In this document: positions 52,032 through 64,000 of the stretch, piece by piece
Layout: each line of letters starts with the position of its first letter
How positions within the stretch are numbered: position 1 is the first letter of the stretch
Source: Squalus acanthias
Lineage: Eukaryota
Length of the DNA: 64,000 nt
Reading direction: 5' to 3'
Assembly: GCA_030390025.1 (NCBI GenBank)
Contig: CM059433.1
Span: 7,380,001 to 7,444,000, forward strand
Notes under the pieces: model-generated
What the model was told of the DNA's origin: nothing
Databases searched by the model: none
Seen by the model: the letters and a program-made list of their open reading frames with translations, nothing else
Position numbers and translations under genes: made by a program

Positions 52032-52467
52032 CAGCTTAAGTAGTGCTATTTGCCATCCTCCCAAGCATAAGTGAAACTATAGATTATTGAATTGCTTCAC
52101 CCAATCTACACGGAGGAGTAAGCAGTGACATTTTGATTTACATATTTCTGCTTGTGATGAAGTCTAATTATATAAACTACTTTGGACAAACTGTACATGA
52201 CTACAATTTATGTTTAGGCTGCATACAATCAATTTTACATTGAGGCATGCAACCAGATGCTGCATGCAAATAAGCTTCAATTAGTCTACAAGACTGTATA
52301 AATCGTTTTTTTTTAAATCAGCAACTTATTTTCCCCAAGTGTAATCTACTGACAGGCAATGACAAAAAAAACCACAAGCAGCTACGTATTTTACAGCTAT
52401 GGTTGAACAAATAATTACATAATTATATATCCTGCACAAAAGTAACAATTACTCAGAATTGATTTAC

Positions 52468-52597
52468 CTCACACATCTGTAATTGAAAGAACCTCCGTTC
52501 TTTCTCCATTTCTTCGGCGATTTCTGCTCCACTTATTTCTGTACGGATCATACCATGTTGTTTGGCATGTTCTTTTTTCTCCTTTTCAATTTTAGTA
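52468..52597 (-). CDS. ASAP2: ASAP2 exon, BAR (TKIEKEKKEHAKQHGMIRTEISGAEIAEEMEKERRFFQLQMCE)
   Basis: cag/gtaaat boundaries; 130 nt; phase 2 to 0 consistent. Confidence 0.96.
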
Positions 52598-52735
52598 CTG
52601 CAAAAGAAACAAAGTATTGTATTACAGTCATATCAAATATTAGATTACATTTTTCCAGTTTAACCTTCAACTCCCACCCATATATTATTTTATCTTGTAA
52701 ATCCTTACTGACTGCTTCAAAGGCAGACATATTAA

Positions 52736-54545
52736 TGACCTCATCGACTTGAAATGTTGCTTCTAACATCTTGTGAATCTGAACCCCTAAATCCTTATGC
52801 TCTTCCACAGCTTTCACCCATTCAAATACACTTAATTACATTTTGGTTAAAAAAAAGGTACCACCTCACATTTACTGACATTACCCTCCATCTGCCACAG
52901 TTTTACCCATTCCACGGTCTTATCAATATCCCCTTGCAGATTCCTTTAGCCCTCAGAATTATTTCCTATGTCTCCTATTTTATCATCTGCAAATGTGAAC
53001 AACATTCCTCTACTCCATATCCAAATTATTGATGTACACAGTTAATAAAAGCTGTCCCAGAACAGAGCCCCGTGGGACATTGTTACCCACTTCCAACTAC
53101 TCTGGAAAAACTGCCTTAATTACTGCTGTTTCCTCTCTTCTAACTAGTTTTTAATCCAATTTACTACGCTCCTCCCAATTCCATATCCCTTAATGTACTC
53201 AGTTCTCCTGTGCGGTACCTTGTCAAAGGCTTTCAGAAAGTCCACGTACACCACATCCACTTCAATTCCCCCATACACCATATATGTCACTTCCTCAAAG
53301 AACTGTACCATGTTAGGTTTGTCAAGCACAATGTTCCTCCTTTCTGAAGTGTTGGCTGCTACTAATGATTTTCTATTGATCTAATATTTCCCCCTTTGGG
53401 GGAAAAATTCGGTTGGTTAGCGCCTCCGGGGGAACTTAGTGCCCGAGCGTGGCGATTTTAGCGCCGCAGGCGAAATTGACCAGTTGTTTTGCGACAGCGC
53501 TAAACACTACCGCCACGATCTCCTGCGACCACAGATCGTGACATCAGTCAAGCGTGCAACGCCCCGACCGGAAATTGAGTCGCACCTCCTGCCTTAGCAC
53601 CTGCCGCTAGGAACGACGGGTAGAGGGGAACATTTTCAAGTCGGGAAGGGGCTGGGGGAGCGCTTTGAGAGGTGTGTAACGCTTGATTTAGCGCTCAAAT
53701 AACCTCCAGTGGCGATGGAGGTGAATTTTGCAGTTGGAGGTGATAATTAGTGCCTGGCATTAAACTTTGCGCCCGGCAGATATTAGCGCCCCAAAATGGG
53801 CGATACCCAATTTTCCCCCTTAGTAATTAAATATTGCAAAATTTTCCCTACTACAGATGTTAAGCTAACTGGCCTGTAATTACCTGGGCAAGTCTGTCTC
53901 TCTTTGAGAAAACGGCTATTACATTGGCCACTCTTGTCCTCCGGCACACAGCTACTCTCAATAGAACCCTAAAATATAATTTCTAGGGCCTAAGCTATTA
54001 CCTCCCCATTTCTCTCAGGATGCATGGATATATCCATTCAGGTCCCAGCACTTTGTCCTCCTTTAGCTTAACAAACTTTTTGAATACTTTCCTTTTATTT
54101 ATTATAATAGCTCTCATCTCGCTTTTAACCAATTCAAGATTTACTTCCTACTCAATATCCTTCTCTTTCGTAAATACTGAAGCAAAGTAGTAGTTAAGTA
54201 GCCCTGCCAATTTCTGAGTATCCTCTACTAACTCACTATTTAACAATTCATTTTTTAAAGGTTACATTTGTAAAGTACATAGGTTTCCTTTTTAATTTTA
54301 TTTTTAAATTTTTTTTTTTTTAAGATTCTCCTCTCCTCATTTTCCCTTCTTGATCCCTTTCTTAACTTTTCCCTTATTTTCTATTAACTCTTATTTTTAT
54401 TATGCTTATAGACTCTATATGCCCTCTTTTTCAATTTTAGTTTGTTTCTAATCTCTATTTGACCACAGCATTCTGAAACTTGAAGTAATCTTATTTTTAA
54501 ATGGCATATATTTATTCTGCAACTTTTCAATGTCCCTTTCAAAAA
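52736..54545 (-). mobile_element. Decayed CR1 ORF2 fragment interrupted by a MITE
   Basis: FFEEVT...[29 protein letters not shown]. Confidence 0.8.
53398..53819. mobile_element. GC-rich MITE nested in CR1
   Basis: TIRs GGGGGAAAAATT and AATTTTCCCCC; flanks TTT and TTA. Confidence 0.75.
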
Positions 54546-55185
54546 TTAAAGAACAAGAGAAACAAACAAGCTAGAAAATACAGGTGAGAATATCAATTAG
54601 ACAGGAACAATTAATGGGAAAGAAAACAAGGAAAAAAGTAAATCAAGTATTCAGAAGGCAGGCATTCCTCATAACATTTTACCAAAACTTATAGACAACC
54701 CTGCTGTTGAATGGTCAATTAGCTTAATCAGTGCAAGATCTTGAATGTCTGAGGACAGTGACTCAAAGACTTCTTTAAAGTAACTTGAAAGAGGGTCAGC
54801 AAATGACATTTGTGAACACACAGGGAAAATTCATTAACCAAAGTTACTCTGTGTTGCATCTGTCCCTGACTCATATCTGCAAGCCCGTCTTTAGATCAGC
54901 CAAAAATTACACTTGCAGATAAGATCGTCCCGAATTAATAGAGAAACTAATCAACTAATATAGAATGCAAAAATACATGCACCATGATCAGAGTACCAAT
55001 AATTTGCAAATATGTAAAATTTAGAAAATATCTACTGAACTTGACAGAAATTTCTGGAGAGTAGGCTATCCAAAGTGCAAATCATTAATTGAACGGAGTT
55101 GGAACTTCTTTCCTGGCACCTGGAGGCACCAGTGGAAATCAGTGCCAATAGCAGGAGGAACGCAAGTGAAATGTGGTTCAGAATG

Positions 55186-55563
55186 AGGCCGTATGGTGTA
55201 GGTAGCGCTCTCACCTCAGAGTCAGAAGATTGTGGGTACAACTCCCACTCCAGAGACTTGAGCACAAAAATCTAGGCTGACACTCCAGTGCGGTATTGAG
55301 GGAGTATTGCACTGTTGAAGGTGCCGTCTTTTGGATGAGACATTAAACCGAGGCCCTGTCTGCTCTCTCAGCTGGACTTTAAAAAAAAATTCATTTCACT
55401 ATTTCAAAGAAGAGCAGGGTAGTTCTCCCGGGTGTCCTGCCCAATAATTATCCCTCAACCCACGCCACTAAAACATATTATCTCTTCATTTATCTGTAAT
55501 AGTGAGGATATCGCCTAAGGGCATCCTGAGGTAATGAAAGGTGTATATAAATGCAAGTTCTTC
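55186..55563 (+). mobile_element. Deu-type SINE
   Basis: Reverse-complement homolog of 51592-52031 with an internal deletion. Confidence 0.8.
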
Positions 55564-56591
55564 TTGTGGAAAGACTACCTAGCAAAATTGCTATAATTTT
55601 GCAAACTTTGAAAGGGACAGTGGTCTGAGAAGGCTTACCTAGTTACTTTTTTTAAAAAAGTGCAGAGTAATGAATTATTTTTGGAGAATGAATGAGCAAA
55701 AACTAAGTCGTTATAGACACATTAAACGTGAACAAACCACCATTTTCTATCTTTAAAATATCAAGCTAAATAAGTAAACTGCAAAATGACTTCAATTGTC
55801 AAGCCACAATCAAACATGGATGAATGCATGAATAATAAAAATGCACCACTGTTATTCCTAGGTTAGTAACAATACTTAAAATAATCTTCTTACAAAATAG
55901 GTACTTTAATAGAGTTCAGTAATTGTACACCATTCATGCAAATTCTTAAAATATTTTAAACTAGTTTAGAATAGCTGTACTCAAAATTGTACTTGATCTG
56001 AAATGTTTGTCTTTGTGCTTTAAACAAAAAGAGGAACCAAATGAGTGATGTAAATTCTGCACCATTCAGGGCTAAAGGCTTCACAGATAAAGTTTGTAAA
56101 AACAGCACTTTCTGGTATTCATTTTTAGCATTTTTCTGACACAGCAGAATTAATGGACAGCCATCAAGATATATGAAATAGAAAATGTCTTATTTCACAA
56201 ACAGAAAATGTTATAACTTCACTACATTAAAATGTTAAAAAAATAACATGTTAGCATTTGTTTCTCACTCTTTAAAGTGCTCATAGAGTATCACCCAATC
56301 TGGATAGGCCACCTGCTCTGACGTCTCAGCAATGTCACTCATGAACAAATCGTTGAGGCTTCTTTCAAAATCACACTCCATAAAAAAAACTGTTACTATA
56401 TCATGTACAAGTCTTTCGGATCTATCTATATAGTTTACATCCTCAATTACAGAAACATTATATTTTTTCATAAAAAGCAATACACCAAATGCTTCAATTC
56501 CTGTTGAACACCCATTTACAGTGCTTATTACAGATCACAGAACAGTGCAGATATATAACTTACTACTGGAAAAAATATATTCAAGACTTAC

Positions 56592-56641
56592 ACTTTTGTT
56601 TCATAGTCCTTCCAGGCTTTATCAAAAGGCTTCTTAAGATC
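56592..56641 (-). CDS. ASAP2: ASAP2 exon, BAR domain (DLKKPFDKAWKDYETK); most 5' exon found
   Basis: ctgtag|GATCTT...AAAGT|gtaagt; 50 nt; peptide matches recalled vertebrate ASAP2. Confidence 0.95.
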
Positions 56642-56721
56642 CTACAGATGAAAGCAGTACAAAATATGACAAGGTTTTGTATCTATTTTCTTAAGCATAT
56701 AATTTATATAACAGAACATAT

Positions 56722-59390
56722 TTAGAAAAGATAGAGGGAAAAAGGGGAGGTGGAGTAGCTATACCTGTTAGGGATAACGTAATGACAGTAGAAAAAATGA
56801 CGCAACGATCAGCAAGACAGAAATATAATCCATGTGGATAGAGATAAAAGATAATAAAGGATCAATCACACTAATGGGGTAGTCTACAGGCCACCTAATA
56901 GTGGAAGAGGTGTGGAGGAAGAAATATGCAAACAAATTAGGGAAATTAGTAAAAAAAAAAAAGTAGAAGAATAATCATGGGGGATTTCAACTACCCCAAT
57001 ATTAATTTGATAGAAGAGGTAGGTAAAGGGGATAAGGGAATGGAGTTCCTAGTGTGTACAGGACACCTTTCTAACCCAATATGTAAAAAGCACAACAAGG
57101 GAGGATTTGTTATTGGATCTAGTAATGGGGAATGAACCAGAGCAGACAAGAGAAGTAAATGTAGGGGAACATCTAGGCAATAGTGACCATAATATAATAC
57201 GCTTTAAAATAATAATTGAGAAGGACATAAGTATGACGAAGACCAGGATAATAGATTGGAGAAAAGCTGATTTTGAGGGGCTAAGAAATGAACTTGAGAA
57301 AATAAAATGGACAATAATATTGGCAAACAATGACATAGAACATCAATAGGAAACATTTAAAACGGTGTTCAATAGAGTCCAGGAAAAATATATTCCGTTT
57401 AAAAACCACGAACAAGCTAAACACTAATGAGACACGATGGATGAATAAAGCCATAAGGGAAAAATTGAGGGTAAGGAAAGAGGCATACATTAAGTACATG
57501 GACAGCAGGGGAGAGCATGATAAGGGAGAATACGAAGAGATTAGGAGAAAAGTCAAAAAAAATTAGGAAGGCAAAGAGGAACTATGAAATTAAATTATCA
57601 AGGAACATAAAACAAAATAGTAAAATATTTTACAGGCACATCAATTAAAAAAAAAAGGAAGGTCGAGATGGGAATAAGGCCACTAAGGGATGGACAGGAC
57701 AATACCACAGGCAATGATAGAGAGATGGCAGAAATATTAAATAATTACTTTGCTTCAGTATTTACCAGGGAGATAGAACAAGTGGACATGACATTGGATC
57801 ATGAGATTAGTAATGAAATAACTGCATTTAAAATAAGAGATATATTAAATAAACTAATCAAACTCAGAGGAAAAAAAACCCATGTCAGGATGGATTACAA
57901 CCGCACATTTTAAAAGAATGTAGGGAAAAGATATCAGAGGCATTACTACACATGGTTAATAATTCATTAGAAAAAGGTGTAGTGCCAGAGGACTGGCGGA
58001 TAGCTAACATAATACCTATATTTAAGAAGGGAGATAGAACATGTCCAGGGAACTATAGACCAGTCAGCTTAACATCGGCAGTAGGAAAAATAATGGAATC
58101 TCTACTAAAGGAGAAAATAGAAGAACATCTAGAAGCCAAAAATATAATGAATAGTCAGCATGGATTTCAAAAGGGAAAGTCTTGTTCGACCAACCTCATT
58201 GAATTTTTTGAAGAGGTAACAGAGAGAATAGACATGGATAATGCAGAAGATGTAATTTATCTAGATTTTCAAAAGGCCTTTGATAAGGTGCCACATAATA
58301 GGCTAATGAATAAGGTCAGAGAATGCGGAGTCAGGGGACAAGTAGCAGAATCGATAGCTAGCTGGCTTCAAGACAGGGAGCAGAGTAGGAGTAAATGGTA
58401 GCTTTTCACAGTGGCAGAAGGTGGGCAGTGATGTTCCACAAGGATCAGTGCTAGGACCACTGTTGTTCACAATTTATATTAACGATTTAGACTTTGGAAT
58501 CAAAAACACAATTTCTAAATTTGCAGATGACACCAAATTGGGGGGGATAGTTAATACTGAGGAGGACTGCAACAAATTACAGAAAGATATTAATCAACTT
58601 GCAGAATGGGCATATAATTGGCAAATGAAATTCAACACAGATAAATGTGAGGTATTAAATTTTGGTAGGAAGAATAAGGTTATCACTTATTACTTGGAGA
58701 GTGCGAGTCTGGGTGGGGTAGAGGAGCAAAGGGATCTCGGAGTACAAATACACAAATCACTAAAAGTAGCAACACAGGTTAATGAGGTCATAAAAAAAGC
58801 AAACCAGGCACTAGGATTTATTTCTAGAGGGATAGAGTTGAAAAGTAGGGAAGTTATGCTAAACCTGTGTCGAACTATATTATAAAAAGGATATAGAGGC
58901 ACTGGAGAGGGTGAAGAGAAGATTTACAAGGGTGATACCAGAAATGCGAGGCTATACCTATCAGGAAAGGATGAACAGGCTGTCTCTCTTTTTGCTTGAA
59001 AAAAGGCTGAGAGGTGCCTCAATAGCGGTCTTTAAAATTATGAAAGGTTTTGATAGAGTAAATACAGAGAGAATGTTTCCACTTGTGGGGAAGAGCATAA
59101 CGAGAGGCCATCAATATAAAATAGTCAACAAGAAATCAAATAGGGAATTCAAAAGAAACTTCTTTACACAGAGTGGTAAGAATGTGGAACTCGCTACCAC
59201 AGGGAGTGGTTAATGCAAATAGTATAGATGCATTTAAGGGGAGGCTAGATAAGCATATGAGGGAGAAGGGAATAGAGTCTTATGCTGACAGAGTTAGATG
59301 AGGAAAGACGGGAGGAGGCTCGAGTGGAGCATAAATGCTGGCATGGACTAGTTGGGCCGAATGGTCTGTGCCGTATATCCTATATAATCC
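56722..59390 (+). mobile_element. CR1 LINE ORF2, degenerate
   Basis: [45 protein letters not shown]. Confidence 0.92.
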
Positions 59391-60435
59391 CTGAATGCTA
59401 CAGCAAAAGGACCCAAAACGTAGAAATATATTAACTGGGCAGTCAATATTTTCTAAATACAATTATCTCCACACACTTGGTACAACACTAAAAAGAAGTC
59501 TGACAAGTTAATGCTGCTCTATTTCAAATAGAATTGCTTAGCAAAAATAAGGGCTAAGCACTTTTGTTCTTCTTGAGCCAGTATGCATACAGCATAATTC
59601 ATTTTCCCAAATTGTTTTTCATTTATATGGGTAATTGGAGGTCAACGTTGAAGTACAGTATCTTTAAGTCCAACTTTCAATTCTCTGAGTAAATTCAGAA
59701 TGCTGTACTGTAAGTTGGTTCAAGGAAATCCATCTTAGAGAAAGTTTCATGATTTGTCATATTACTACCATTTTAAACCGTGTACATTTAACTGTTTGCT
59801 CATGCAAATTTATGTACCATTTGACATGTGCCACTGCGTAAATTCACATTTGCAGGTAAAATAAATACCCATGAATCACCACTCCCATTGACAACTGACA
59901 ATGGGCAGCTCCACTCAACCTACTAAGGAGATTAGAGTACTGAAACCCGAATTAAAATATCAAAAGCACAGTATAAACACTGCAAAAAATCACTTTAAAA
60001 AAAAATGGTTACTTGTTAAATCGGTCAAATACATTTGCTTAAATTTTTATTTTTCAGTAAGCAAAATATATTGATAGAACACTCAAAGTTGATTTTTTAG
60101 CAATTAATCAAATGGCATAAGACCTCATAACAAAAAGAAAACCCAAGTGTCTTTGCTAATCTATTGTACTCTCTATTCAAATGCTATCAAAATAATTAAA
60201 TTGTGGCCTCTCTAATGCTGTTAGTTTCATTTCTGTGCGCAGTACAAAAAGTTGATTAGCAAATTACATTTTCAATCCAGCAATTAGTGGTTTGTTTCTT
60301 TGTGGCAATTTTTTTTTGCTGTGAAATAAAGGGTTGCATAACAGATCAAAGGGCACAACATTAGGTTCCCTCTCAAATATACGGCTTTCATTTTAGTCTC
60401 CGCCCCAAAACCCCCCCCCACCCACCACTTTCTCA

Positions 60436-60816
60436 ATGCTCAGAAAACCAAGAGTAGGAATAAACGGGTCATTTTCGGGTTGGCAGGCTGTAACTGGTGA
60501 GGTACCACAAGGATCAGTGCTTGGGCCTCAGTTATTCACAATCGACATCAATGATTTGGATGAGGGGACCAAATGTAATATATCCAAGTTTGCTGATGAT
60601 ACAAAGCTGGGTGGGAATGTAAGTTGTGAGGAGGATGCAGGGAGGCTTCAAGGGGATATAGACAGGCTAAGTGAGTGGGCAAGAACATGGTAAGTGGAAT
60701 ATAATGTGGAGAAATGTGAAGTTATCCACTTTGGTAGGAAAAATAGAAAAGCAGAGTATTTTTTTTTAAATGGTGAGAGATTGGGAAATGTTGGTGTTCA
60801 GAGGGACCTGGGTGTC
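60436..60816 (+). mobile_element. CR1 RT fragment; left arm of a fold-back
   Basis: PQGSVLGP...KFADDTKLGG. Confidence 0.9.
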
Positions 60817-62905
60817 TTTCCTGTACGAAGACACCCAAATCTCTCTGAACACCAACATTTAATAGTTTCTCACCATTTTAAAAATATTCTGTTTTTCTAT
60901 TCTTCCTACCAAAGTGAATAACCTCACATTTCCCCACATTATACTCCATCTGCCACCTTACTGTCCATTCACTTAACCGGTCTATAATGTCTTTGCAGGC
61001 TCCTTGTGTCCTCCTCACAGCTTACTTTCCCACCTAGCTTTGAATCGTCAGCAAACTTGGATACATTACACTCGGTCCCTTCATCCAAGTCATTAATATA
61101 GATTGTAAATAGCTGAGGCCCAAGCACTGATCCTTACGGCACCCCACTAGTTATAGCCTGCCAACCTGAAAATGACCCGTTTAGCCCTACTCTGTTTTCT
61201 GTCCATTAACCAATTCTCTATCCGTGCTAATATATTACCCCCAACCCAATAAGCCCTTATCTTGCGTAATAACCTTCTATGTGGCACGTTATCGAATGCC
61301 TTTTGGAAATCCAAATATACTACATCCACTAGTTCCCCTTTATCTACCCTGCTAGTTACATCCTCAAAAAACTCTAATAAATTTGTAATAAATAAACACG
61401 ATTTCCCTTTCATAAAACTATGTTGACTCTGCTTAATCATATTATGATTTTTTAAGAGCCCTGTTACCACTTCCTTAATAAAGGATTCCAGCATTCCCCC
61501 CCCCCCCCCCCCCCCCCCGACGACTGATGTCAGGCTAACTGGCCTGTAGTTACCGGTTTTCTCTCTCCCTCCTTTCTTGAATAGCGAGGTTACACTTACT
61601 ACCTTCCAATCCGATGGGAGCATTCTAGAATCCAGGGAATTTTGGAAGATCACAATCAATGCATCCACTATCTCTGCAGCCACCTCTTTTAGAGCCCATG
61701 GATGTAGGCCATCAGGTCCAGGGGATTTGTCGGCTTTTAGTCCCATTAGTTTCTCAAGTACTTTTTCCTCTATTGATCTTAATTACTTTAAGTTCCTCAC
61801 TCTCATTAGCCCCTTGGTTCCCCACTATTTTTGGTATGTTTTTTGTTTCTTCGACTGTGAAGACAGATACAAAATATTTGTTTAAAGTGGAACGTATATT
61901 TATTGAGAATTTTGGAATATTTCTTTAAATGTTTGTTACTGCTTATCTACCATCATACCTTTTAATCTAATTTCCCAATCTACCTTAGCCAACTCGCCCC
62001 TCATACCTATACAATTGGCTTTATTTAAGTTTAATACTCTAGTTTCGGACTTAAGTATTTCACTCTAAAACCCAATGTGAAACTCTATCATACTATGATC
62101 AGTCTTCCCCAGAGGATCCTTTACAGTGAGATTACTAATTAACCCTATCTCATTACACAATACAAGAACTAAAATAGCCTGTTCCCTGGTCGGCTTCCAT
62201 GATGTATTGTTCTAGGAAACTGTAACAAATGCATTCCATGATCTAATCCTCCAGACTACCTTTGCCAATTTGATTTGCCCAGTCTATATGAAGATTAAGG
62301 TCCCCCACAATTATTGCATTACCTTTGTTACAAGCTCCTATTATTTGGTGATTAATACTCTGTCCAACAGTATAGCTACTGTTAGGTGGCCTAGAAACTA
62401 CTTCCACCAGTGTTTTCTGCCCCATGTTATTTCTCATCTCCACCCATACTAATTCTACTTCCTGATCTTCCAAGCCAGATCCTTTCTCACTACTGTCCTT
62501 ATGTTATCCTTTATTATCAGGGCTACCACCCCTCCTTTTCCATTCTGCCTCTCTCTCCAAAATGTCAAGTACCCTGGAATATTTAGATCCCAACCTTGGT
62601 CACCTTGCAACCACATCTCTAATGGTTATTAGATCAAACCCATTTATCTCTATTTGTACCACTAATTCGGCTATCTTGTTATGAATGCTTCATGCATTCA
62701 TATAAAGAGCCTTTCATTTTAACTTTTTACCATTATTCCCTTTTTTTCACCTTATTCGCTGAAGCACTATTACCGTCAAACTCTCTGTCCCTTCCTGTCA
62801 CACTCTGCTTATCTTTACCCAAATCGCTAGACTGCTCCATTGCCTTGACTTTTCTCTTTAGATTTCTAAATGTCCCCTCCCCGCCCCTTTTTAGTTTAAA
62901 GCCCT
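60817..62905 (-). mobile_element. CR1 ORF2 (APE to RT), 3'-truncated
   Basis: [30 protein letters not shown]. Confidence 0.9.
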
Positions 62906-63399
62906 ATAAATGGGTGGGTGGGTGGGGGGGGGGGGGGTAGGTAGAGGGGTCAGGTGATGGGAAATTTAAGTATGAAAAGGAACAGATTCTCCATCCCTAT
63001 CCAAATACTATTCCATACTGCATGATATGCAAGAAATGCAAGTCTACCCAAGACAAAAATCCAATGTCTGGTAAATTTAGCAAATGTCTTCCAGAACAGC
63101 ATCGAGGAAAACTAAATAAACGTATTAAACACATAGCAAATAAGGTGGAGCATTTGGTTCATCCTTGGATATGTATGTCAATCAGAGGCTCAATCACTAT
63201 TTAATGAACAGGGTTAGTACAATACTGGTGTAATATTCTCATAATCAACCAACCCCTGCCTTTTAAAAACAGCCACTGTTCCTATGATGACTAGGTCATG
63301 ATGTGAACTCACTCCTCCAAATATACACACTTGAATGCAAATCCAATTATCACTGCTCAGTGATGCAGTCATTTCAATCAACCATCAAGGGGATAAAAT

Positions 63400-64000
63400 C
63401 CTTCAACTAAAGCTTGAGCACAGAGCTTGGAGATAGAGCTGGGTGCATCGCAATCGGAGTGGATCGCAATCAGAGTGGAAGGAATTTGGTGAGTCGGAAT
63501 TCGGTGGAGAGGAGGAAGGCGGTTTCCCACGTCCAACTCAGGAGGAGGAGTGAAGCCACAGAACCAGAGGACTCTAAGTTAAGTATCTAGATATCTAATA
63601 TTTAGGTTCTTTGTGTTTCATATCTCAGTGGTTCTTGTTAAACTTGAGTACGTATTTTTGTCTTTTTTCTTTCTTCTCTCTAAGTTAGGGCAGTGGGTTA
63701 AACTAAGAAGTTTAGTTCGTAGTCTAATAAACAGAGACATGGCAGGGCACCTCAGCATTGTCGAATGCACATCCTGTGCCATGTGGGAACTCCAGGATGC
63801 TTCTCGTGTCCGGGACAACCACGTGTGCAAGAAGTGTCATCAGCTGGAGGAGCTCGAGCTCCGGGTTTCAGAGCTTCAGCAGCAACTGGCATCTTTGCAG
63901 TGCATCCACGAGGATGAGAGCTACGTGGAAAGCACATTTCAGGAGCTGGTCACCCCAGAGCTTAAGAGTTTGCAGGCAGAAAGGGAATGTGTGACTGCCA
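63400..64000 (+). mobile_element. 5' end of a CR1 LINE: 5' UTR and ORF1 start, running off the window
   Basis: ATG at 63739: MAGHLSIVECTSCAMWE...HVCKKCHQLEELELRVSELQQQL; CxxC/CxxC plus leucine zipper; open to the window edge. Confidence 0.82.

Noticed and set aside
61495..61518. Poly-glycine insertion in a CR1 RT
   Set aside because: Homopolymer C-run expansion or sequencing artefact in a dead copy.
56642..64000. The upstream ASAP2 exon (expected IQNMNNIISFPLDSLLKGD-like)
   Set aside because: Not found by eye; presumably beyond the window end.

Overview
Eukaryotic, AT-rich vertebrate genomic DNA, inferred from its repeat families to be a cartilaginous fish (shark). The window lies inside one minus-strand gene, ASAP2 (BAR-PH-ArfGAP-ankyrin-proline-rich). 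I traced 18 GT-AG coding exons between 56641 and 2113 that splice in phase into about 649 codons, plus a candidate 9-nt in-frame microexon (SRR, 35248-35256). Both gene ends lie outside the window. The introns are packed with transposon relics: CR1 LINEs, L2 ends, an RTE LINE, Deu-type and HE1-like SINEs, PIF/Harbinger remnants and MITEs, a Tc1/pogo-type MITE and Penelope-like fragments. The most unexpected item is a decayed, internally deleted clade-A-like R2 retrotransposon (about 23.2-25.3 kb, minus strand; three zinc fingers, Myb, RT, endonuclease tail) in an intron with no recognisable 28S rDNA flanks. There are no prokaryotic features. Family names come from motif recognition and memory, not database searches; repeat boundaries are approximate unless a TSD or TIR is cited.
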